Assembly (NCBI RefSeq): GCF_006345805.1
Contig: NC_043001.1
Coordinates: 5,890,001 to 5,954,000 of the forward strand
Length of the DNA stretch: 64,000 nt
Source: Octopus sinensis
Lineage: Eukaryota
Direction: 5' to 3'
Shown here: positions 53,001 to 64,000 of the stretch, one piece after another
Layout: every line of letters starts with the position of its first letter
How positions within the stretch are numbered: the stretch's first letter is position 1
The notes under the pieces: model-generated
Databases searched by the model: none
What the model was told of the DNA's origin: nothing
Seen by the model: only the letters and a program-made list of their open reading frames with translations
Translations under genes and position numbers: made by a program

Positions 53001-53935
53001 CTATATATATATACACACACACAACATAAACACACGCACACACATGGGGGCGTATATTTGCTCATGCATATGTACATATATACACGCTACTCAGAAGCCC
53101 GCACTTTCACAGACATTTATGTATATTACACAGAAGTATTTCTTTATACTTATTACTGTCTGTGCATATACATAAGTACGCTTGTATGTTAGTATGTATA
53201 ACATAAACTTGGTACGTATTTGTGGTGGGTGCGTAAGAAAGGAATGCGATAGAGGTGATAAAATGTGAAAGCCGTTGAACCAACGCATACAGATAAGACT
53301 ATCAACAATGAACGCCAAACCCCTTAACGAAAACATACATTGTATCGTTGTTAATCAATCGTAATAAGAAAAGAAAAATAAGCAGAAAAATGCTGCAGAA
53401 AAAAGAATGAGATATCTAAAAATTGGCTTAATTTTGTCACACACTGATATAAATGGTTGATGGATATCACAGAGATTGCAGTGTATGGAGGATTAGAGAG
53501 ATTAGCGATACAGACAAATATTTATCAGAGACTGGAATGCTGGAAGACTATTGAAGTACTGCAAAGCGTAAATAACAATTTGATATGAAATAAATAGTAT
53601 GTGCAAATAATGTTTACAGTAGAGTTTAAATGCAAATACGCGCTCTAACATGCACACACGCATAGATATATGTAGATATACATATACATATACATATACA
53701 CACATGCACATATATATTTGCATGGATGCGTGTGAGTGTATGCGACGGGTCGCTTTTGGTTACCGTCTTGCAGATTCCTTCATAAGGGTCTGGTCGGCCG
53801 AAGCCATATTTGAAGACACTTGCCTAATGTGTGATGCAAGTAACTGAATCCAAAAACCTGTGACAGAAAAGCAAAACTTGTTGCAACACCGCTATGCCTA
53901 CGACTGTATATATATACATACATATATATACACAC

Positions 53936-54038
<103 letters not shown>

Positions 54039-54973
54039 TGTATAAACACACACACATATATATATAAGTTACTTTTACCAATATTATGCATAAGCTTAAC
54101 GTTAATAAGCATCCCTGTAAGCGTATGAGCAAGTTAGTATGACAATTTCCTGGGCAGTACCTCATAAAACTGAACCTGGATTTCAGATGTACGTAACAGT
54201 CAATTTTATTTCTGATTAGTACAACAGAACATGGATTTCAGATGTACATAACAGTCAATGGTATTTCTGATTAGTACAACAATTCAACTTCTACTGACTT
54301 TAAACAAGAATTTTCCTAATCATTTATCTTCTATCTAAAGTAATGACAAAATTAATCCGACTGGTACGTATGTGTTCATTTGGACTTTAAAAGACTGGGA
54401 CACCAAACCACGGACCTAATGCCGAAATATGAACCCAATAATTCTGTACATAGAGGGAAGTGTTCGCAGACACGGATGCGTATACTCTGTAAGAATATTT
54501 AAATGCCCACAAACCTACTTCGTAGCGCGAATCCACCAGCCTTCAATATAAATATGAATACAGATGCATTTTTTCTTATTTAAACATATATTTCTGCTAA
54601 AATAGTATATCAACAATGCCTTTCAGAATTTTTGGAATCACAACATTAACAAGAATACAGTTTACTAATTCAAATTAGCGAAGCAGAACAATATAATGAA
54701 GAAAAATGTTCCCCTGTCTCTAAATGAAAACAAAACACAAAAAAATAGCAAACAAATAAAACAGGTTGCATAAAATATGAGTGGAGCCGAATATTTGGCG
54801 TTCACGGAGGCCATTCGCAGCAGTTCACTGATGTTTACTGAAAATATCTTGGAGTGGAATTAACAGAACTGGTGGAGCGCAGTTCTTTGCGACTCACCCA
54901 AGAATCAATAACTTATAATTACCAGTGAAACAAAAAGTCATGATTTATACACACACATGCCCAGAAAACCACA

Positions 54974-55012
<39 letters not shown>

Positions 55013-55261
55013 GCACACACACACACATATGTGTATATATGTATATGTATACGTGTATATATATATGTATGTGTGTGTGTCTATGTATATATGTATGTAT
55101 ATGAGCATATATATTTTATTGATATTAAATGTATGTATGTGTATATGTATATATATATAGGTATATACATTTACATATATAATATGAACATTTGTATATA
55201 TATGTATATATATGTATATATATATATATACATATATATGTATTAAATGCATATATAGGCA

Positions 55262-55322
<61 letters not shown>

Positions 55323-55370
55323 TATCTGTATAAATGTATAGACACATATATGTATGTATAAATGTATGTG

Positions 55371-55427
<57 letters not shown>

Positions 55428-56426
55428 ATATATTCTAATTAACTTTGACTGACTAACTAGTGATTGCAGATAATGCCAAGTGAAAATTATGCGTCACGTC
55501 TCACAATAAACGAGAGCGGAGAGACACAATCACGGTGTGATTATGTCTGCCTTCAATCATGATTTGATGGCAATAAAGTCATTAGTCATAAACCTGCTTG
55601 TTCAATGGACATGTATTGTTTGCTATTTAAATACATTTTTCGTTTCTACCTAATCTAATTGTTGTTTTGCGATTGTCTGCGTAGACTTTGACTGTCATTT
55701 CCTGCTTTACTCAATTCCTTTATTTCAATTTTTCTCACACGCACAAGCACAGGCACACGCTCGCACACACACACACACACATACACACATATACACAAAC
55801 ACGTATGCACATTATAATGTCCATAATTCCCCCTCTCTTAAATATAGAACCGCTTCCTTGTTGTTAAAGTCTGCAATCATTATTAAAGTGGGAGTCATCG
55901 TTATTACATAATTCATTAAGACAGCGTCCCTTCAGAATTCCTAGCGTGCCGCACAAATTGCTCCGCGGCATTTCGCCCGACATTTCCAAGTTCAAATTCT
56001 ACAGACTCCAACTCTGCTTTCCATCGATTACCTCCCTGTCAGTAAATATAAGGCATTGTGCTTATGCTAAAGCGGATTATATATTTCAATGCACCCGCTA
56101 TGTGCAATCGTTTCTGTATGTAACAGAGAAAACGAATACTACATTTAAGTGGTCAGATGTTCAAAGTTTTAACTTACTTGAATGGAATTTGGTGGTTATA
56201 ATTCTATATCGACAAAAACTAGAATTGATACCGAATTCTTTTAACGAAATCTGTGCCGTCATGTATAGAAAAGCGATACATTTATGTTCATCCCGTATCC
56301 AGACGTGTATGCGTAATCAAGTGTGCTTTTAAATGGTCTCACTTCATATGACCGAAATGTAGGCTTTGTGTCTCAAGAGCTAGTATGGGTGTATGTGTGT
56401 GTATGTGTGTGTAGGTGCGTGTATGT

Positions 56427-56471
<45 letters not shown>

Positions 56472-57446
56472 AGTCATCGTGATCTTACAAAAATGATAGA
56501 AATGATTTAATTATCTCAAGCAGAAAAGACTTGATGTCTGTTAAATAAATTTACTCTAAATGGCAAAACAAAAAGAAGAAACAAAACAAGCTGAAGATTA
56601 AAGTTAGAAAATAAACGGATCATTATCAAATAAATTGAACAGTAAAACAAAAATACAAAATACAGAAACTAAACTGATAAAATATGACGTAAAGGACGCA
56701 GGAAAAAATAGTTGAAGACAAAAAAAGAAAAAATGTCCAGCTTTAAAGTTGCAATGAGAAATAATTCCATTTAATCACCAGATAATTTTGAAAAGTTAAC
56801 TTGGCAAAGTATGTTACTTTTTCTCTGAACAGTCAATAACTCTAACACAGCCAACGTTGTTTGACCGTCTTAAAACACATGAAATATAACACTTAAAATA
56901 ATACGACCAAACACACCTGCAAACACAAAACCAAACAGATGATATTAACACACACACACACAAAACACAGGTATATACATACAGATAGAAAACACAACAA
57001 TCTATTCCAGCGAAAAGAATATAAAAATATATAACAGAATAAAATACACAAATAAAATTCACAAGTTACTTGCTCATAAAACTTTTCACTAAAATTAATT
57101 CTCTTTATAAAAATAATTAAAAAATAAAGAATCTTGAACTGCCAATATTTTTTTCGTAATTTCTATTGGGTTTTGTTATGTAATTTTTAGAATTCATTTT
57201 TCCCTTTCGTTGTTTTAATTTATAGTAGAATATATTATTTCTTTATTTATTACAATTATTTATTCGTCGATGAATACAAATTTGAAATTTGCCTTCTCTT
57301 TCTTTAGACGAAACATCTGAATGTTAAACTTAATATATTCCATTTCCTCATTCAAATAGTTTTTATAGTCATGATATTTCATTATTTCATTATTAATACA
57401 TTATTCTTCGTGCTGTCATTATCATCATTATTATTATTATTATTAT

Positions 57447-57490
<44 letters not shown>

Positions 57491-60298
57491 TTAATATTAG
57501 TATTATTGTTGTTGTTGTTGTTGTTGTTAATATTATCATTATTAGATTCGTAGTTTTTTTGTTTAATTTTTCTCTACTGACCTTTTGTTGCAACAACATC
57601 AAATTTTTCAAGAAACAAAAACATCAAAAATTCAAATTACAAATAAACGAATTTTATTTTCGAAATGCTATCCACATTTCATAAAAGAGTAACATACTCG
57701 AAGCTAAAGGGAGGACAAAACAACGAATTCCTGCTGGTGGCTTTACCTTTTTGATGGAGGTTAGACGTGGGAAAGCTTCACTAGTTAGGACGTAAGAAAT
57801 TAAAAAACAGTATGTCTCTGGATGTATTTTCCAAGAGGATGTGTACAAATAAATGTCTAAAGAAAACAACCATTTTATGTAGCGTTGATACATACTTTTG
57901 AACCGTGTTGCTTTACCCGTGTATTTTGTTCAGGAATTGCTGATTAAAAAACCATGCGGCAGATGAAAAGTGCTTGCTTTCTAATTCAATCATCTCTAGC
58001 TGTTTGCACGTATCCTTTGATCTGCTGATGTAATCATTGATTGATGTTCATTGAACGTTTTCATTGATCACTTTCTGGAACTATATTTGTTGGTATCTAG
58101 CCAGAATTGGCAATAATTGATCAATGGGCTGAAAATTAATTATCGGTCAGAGGCCAGTGATTTTATTCTTCATTTATATACGTTGAAATATAATCAGTGG
58201 CTACTTGACCGGAATCGCAATCAGGGAAAATGTATTGTTGGTCAAACAGCCAAACATTCCAATCAATACTGAAAAATCCCAATCACTAATATGACAACTG
58301 ACCAGAAATCCTAATCATAAATCACTTCACTTCTAAATCCCGAAAATCGAAAATCAGATTCAGGTAGCTTGATTAATCGATTTGACTTAATACTATAAGG
58401 AATGTTTCTAGAATTCGGTCATGCCTTACATTTAGCATAGTTTTATGACAGAGATATAATATACTGGATTTAATAAACCATATTGTATGGTACCATAGAC
58501 ATGACGATCAGCTCCTTTTGAAGAAATGGGTTTAAGATGGTAACGCTTTGAATATAGCAATTGTTCAATACAACAGGCAAACACCGCCATTGCTGTGAGT
58601 GCTGCAGAACATTGAATAATATTACATTGGAAGTCAGTTCTACCTAATTCTGTCGTTGTTGCACACATTCGTTTTAATCTTGTCAAACATAATCTTACAA
58701 TGGACATGTTCTTGCATCTAACTAGAAACTGGATCACACGACAGCAAATAGATAATATTTTCCCCTGAACTATAAAGAAAAGATAAAATAAAATTGTTTC
58801 GTTTTAAATTAAGGATTCTGAAGTTTGCTGCTTCCCAACCACGTCGTTCGCGGTTCGGTTCTCACTGGTGGCTCCTTGGCTACGTGTTTTCTAGTAATTC
58901 GTTACAGGGCGAAGTTAAAGATATATTAATTATTTATAGCAATATGTAAAGGAAGCAATCGACATTATAATCCCACAACTACAAATCGATATTACCTATT
59001 TCACATTAGAATTAAATCACATACGGTAAGGATCGATACATTTGTATTAGTCACTACTAGGAAAATGTGTAGAATTGTAGTTGGATTGAGTGTTCTTCCT
59101 AATGCTGTATCTGAATTCTTCTAACGTCATCGGTGTTTAAAATTCCATATTGGTAATAATATACAAAATAATCCATCCTTTTCTCTCCTCAATATCAGTG
59201 ATTTGATTTTCCTGATAACTTCACAGATTTATCTTATGTTATAATATAGAATAAATACACAAGCTCATGGACATAGGAACGAGTTTGGAGCAAAGTTTTC
59301 AAAGGAAAACATATTTAATATATCAGAAATTATGCTTGCTTAATGAGCGAGAATTATTGCCGCAAAAAATGTTTCAGCTAAGAACATTGTGCGATTGCAT
59401 GTTAGCCATTCATTATCCTTCGCATAAATCTACAACACACTCGTTATTATTATAAGCATATTATGAAACATCATCATTTCAAAGGAGGCTGCGCACGCTT
59501 ATAAATATAGAAACACAAACCTAAGCACCAACGGCTGTTGTTCTGACATCCAAAACAATAGAAACAAGATTGTGCTAACAGAAATACATCATGTCGAAAT
59601 TACTACATGTTGCGTTGTTAGAACCAAAAGAAAAAACAACAAACAAATATAACATCAATTTTGCCAGAATAAAAAAAAACCTACCCTAAAAATTCGAACC
59701 TTTATTCCCTTCCAAAACCCGCAGATTCGTAAATACTAGGATACAGTGAATATTAAATAAACCAATTCAAGTATTGATGCGTTTTGGTTATACGTCCTTT
59801 AGATTAGATTTGCTTTATGTAAGTTGGAACTAAATATTTCCATAACAACAGTTTCTCTGTCGCATTTTGGGGACTTAATATATAACCATAAAAAGAAAAT
59901 CGCATTCTACACCAATTGTTTGATATTACTCGATATAAAGGTAACACTGAGTGTTAGTCGAATCATATGAAAATGATTATTACCTAGAATCTCGATACTT
60001 CAGCCTCTCCAGATCTGTGCAATAGTATAATTCACAAATGCAATGGTACCTGTATTAATGGACAATCAGGTAGTAAAAAATCTACTTGATCCTAATCATT
60101 TGTGCTACCTTGTCTCTTCCATTTAATCTTATATATAGACACAAATACACACGTACATATATTCTTATTAAATTTAGTGATTGTTGCTATGGTGGAGCAC
60201 GGCCAAATCGTTACATTTTCAATAGTTACACACGTGAATTTGGCATTTAGCGATTCAAGGAATTGATATTGCTGCCCACATTTGAGTCCGGTAGATAA

Positions 60299-60420
<122 letters not shown>

Positions 60421-61596
60421 TATACATATATATATGCATACACAGTCATATATATATATATATATATATTTATATACATACACGCATATGTATACACACA
60501 GACTTATACACTCATAGATGTATGTATACATATAAGGCACTTAACATAAGCGTGATGGCTTTTCCTATATATCTACATATGTATATCATTGTTTTCGTTC
60601 CAATTTAGTGGATTCTGTTTCTTCGCTGCGTTGATCTAAGGAAAGCGAAACAACTCTGGTCTTTTCTACACGTGATTAAAGATGGCATCCACTCAGGTGT
60701 TGTATATTGTTCATTGATGAACATGAATAAATGAAGAAATATATTCATTCACCGTTTATATATTGTAAGGAAAGTCGGGGAACATGTCTTATATATCTGT
60801 TGGCGGCATTTAATAACATCAATACGTTTTATATGTGAATCTCCGGCGTGCTTCACAATGAATGAACACAAATATATTACCACAAACCTCCCGTGCATAT
60901 ATCTACACGTAGAAACAATTATGAAAACCCGGATAGTATTATATTTTATCTGCATATTTATGTCCTCTCTTTTGGATATATACTTGATTTCAAATATGCA
61001 AAAGAATTGAAGTAACTTGCGGCATTATAGATGCCACTGACAGTTCATATGTCAAGATGACAGAGTACATGAAAATGTCAAAATATCGAGTTTAAATATA
61101 CCTGTTTTAGAAGAAACCGTAGAAATTATTAATTGTTTTCTTACTTCACTGGAATAAGATATGCTTAATGCATTCTTCTTAAAAAGATATAATATGGCAA
61201 ATAGTGATCCATGGTGCCCCAGCATAGTCGCGGACTTCGGGCTAAAACATTTTTAAGGATTTAAGGATATACATACACACACATAAACACACAAAGACAC
61301 ACACATATATACATATATACGGCCACACAGCTTTTAATATCTTTACTACATACATTGGATGTAGTCGTCTTCAAAGCAAAAGTGCATCTCCTATTGTCAG
61401 GATCTCCGGACGAATCTAACTCGCAGTAAGAAACGTAGACGAGGCCAGCAGCATCAAACTCCCTCATCTACGAAACGGTACACGTCAGAAGATGTATAGT
61501 TAAAGTGTAGCAAAATAAACAGTGAGGTCCCAGCATGGCCATATGTCTCAAGCTGAAACTAGGAAACTATTTTTATATATACATTTATATATACAT

Positions 61597-61663
<67 letters not shown>

Positions 61664-62588
61664 ATATATATATATGGTGGCTGCCCCCTCGTTATCGAGT
61701 ATTGCCATTGCATGAAGCTTAATCAATGTTGTTATCGTGCAATGCCTGTGCAAGAAGATTTTTTTTAAAGTGAGGACAGGTTGTGCACTGAGTCAATCCC
61801 ACTCACTAAGCAACAGCAGTCATAATCCGAAAAGAAGAACAAGTCAAAATCATCGGTAACCACTGAGCCGCAGGTTTTATTTCGGAGTTATCCCAGTTAC
61901 CTGAATTACCTTCTAGAAGGATGCCGTAACAAAGACTAGGAGTCCTTCACTCCCAATGTTTTAACCGCACGATCGGGTATTCAGTACGATTATTTCTATG
62001 TCCTCGCGCTTGATACAGCCTTAAGACATTTATTGGATGGTCGTTGACTCTCAAAAGTTCCCACGCCCTTTCACGGGTTCCGTTCCTGTGATTATTACAG
62101 TCTAGTCCGTATTGCACATATCTCACTTGACCTTCAGACTAGTAAAATAGTGGGAAACCTTGAGTGGTTCATTCACTAATGTTATATCGTCTGAAGAATT
62201 GAATACATGATGATGATTATGATGAACCGGATAGCCAAGAATATTACGGACTACACAGTAATGACCATAGAAATACGAACTGTGATCTTAAAATTCACGT
62301 AAATGCATGAAACGATTATAAATCCAATTTTTGGATTATTGTTATCGTTATTATTATATTTTTCCTATATTATCCTATATTATAACAGTAATACTTCATG
62401 CAACCCAGAAAAACTGACTCACTACGCGACATCATTAGACGGTGGCCGGCATAATGGGATAGGGTCTTTATTTGCATATTCAACGTTACCATATATAAAT
62501 TTAAAAGGATATGCATGTGTGTGTGTTGTATAATGTACATCAATACATATACAAATACGGATATATGTATATATATATATAATATATA

Positions 62589-62620
<32 letters not shown>

Positions 62621-63429
62621 AATGGATGGATGGATGGATGGATGGACGTCTCTATGTGTGTAGTTATACAGAGATAAGTGACACAAACCATCAGATAATA
62701 TATATTGATAGTAAGAAATGAGGAGTCTGTTGACTGTTATTGTTTTACTAGCATTAACGGTAGACAGACACGCTTTGCAGAAATATCCCCAAACACTTTA
62801 CCATTAAAAATTCCCATTTTACATGTAATTTTTTTTACTTTGTGTATTTCAGTATCCGGTTGCTTATTTTCTGTATGTATCATTCGTATTTCAATGTGAT
62901 TGTTAATTAAGAATCACAATTAATGTAAAGCAAATATTTCATTAATCACTTCTGCTGTGTCTTTAATCGATTCTAGCTGAGAATTTAATGTATCTGGATA
63001 ATTATCACTTTTTGGATCACTGCTTAGAGACTTATTACTCGGTTTCTATTTGACATTAATTTCCTTATTAATATGTCATTTATTCATAACTTCCGCAAAG
63101 AATCGTTGTGAAAGTCTTAAAAATACGCTCCACAAACTTTCAGATTTAATATTCGTTTATTAAGTTATTTGAAGAAATATTAATCGTTAGATTAAAATAT
63201 ATTCATATTATGGAATTGTCTCACAAAATCATGAGAAATATATCGAGACATCAAAGTTGAAGTATACTGTGTGCTGTGTTTACAAGGAATTAAATAACAT
63301 TTCTACTCAGTCCGCCTAATTCTGTAGCCCGATATCCGAACCACAGTGAAACTGCATGAATGTATTACATGGGATTAGTAACTATACGTAAAGGCAGGCA
63401 TTAACGTCTGAATAATATTTTATCACCTA

Positions 63430-63620
63430 CTTTAAATATATTCGGGCGAAGGGATAAGTTGGTTATATTGACTCCAGTGTTCAACTCGTACTTTATTTCA
63501 TCAACCCCGAAAATAGTAAAAGTTAAAGTTGAATCCGGTGGGATTTGAAATCCTTAAGACGGACGAGAGGCCGCGAGGCATTTTGCCCGGGTTGCTAACG
63601 ATTCAGCCAGCTCGCCGTTT
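63430..63620 (-). mobile_element. SINE family B, diverged
   Basis: CAGCCAGCTCGCCG end, GCATTTTGCCCGG...GCTAACGATTC, and GTACTTTATTTCATCAACCCCGAAA match the family in reverse. Confidence 0.8.
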
Positions 63621-64000
63621 TACATACCTAAAATACTCTGCAACATTTTGTACATCTCATATCAACAAGGGCAAGAGGATGTTTTGCTGATGAATAAAAT
63701 ACAAAATGGGATCGAAACACAATCTTTGACTCACTTCTCTGATTGTTTGTCTGCTTTGTAAAGAAAGAGATATGGAATCATATTATTGGAAGCATGCAGT
63801 ATTTATAAAACCTTCTGCCATCATCGGTTTTAACGAAACTGAACATTAAATTTCAAACATAACTGAAATAACATATTCCATATTCCAAATGTTTTCTATT
63901 ACAAGAAAACATTTGTCAACAATAGAACTTCATTTCTCCATCGCTTCCAGTTAAACATGAAAGCAACAGTAAATTTTTAATTATTTCTTTTGCTATATCT

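Noticed and set aside
58575-58592. Possible 18-nt microexon (CAG|GCAAACACCGCCATTGCT|GTGAGT)
   Set aside because: Good donor but weak polypyrimidine tract; such matches are expected by chance in 64 kb.
63686-63725. CTGATGA...CGAAAC
   Set aside because: No helix II, helix III or cleavage triplet.

Overview
AT-rich, microsatellite-saturated eukaryotic DNA; the SINE families and repeat landscape point to an octopus/coleoid cephalopod genome (inference). No complete protein-coding gene can be supported; the window looks intronic or intergenic. It holds more than 20 copies of three tRNA-derived SINE families, a mariner remnant, CR1-type endonuclease and RT fragments, two Dong/R4-type LINE 3' ends sitting in (AAT)n arrays together with a ~550-bp repeat of fixed 5' end, a decayed Penelope-like (PLE) RT, and a 100-N assembly gap. 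The most interesting signal is a set of type I hammerhead ribozyme (HHR) motifs from unrelated sequence families. Five copies at four loci have intact catalytic cores (4.0 kb; 26.5 and 27.8 kb; 41.8 kb; 45.6 kb) and there are decayed copies near 4.7 and 5.1 kb. Each lies in or beside an inverted repeat and has a palindromic helix III. The best case is a ~1.5-kb cassette whose near-identical ~350-bp inverted arms each carry a complete HHR, one per strand. All structures were paired by eye and coordinates of decayed repeats are approximate.
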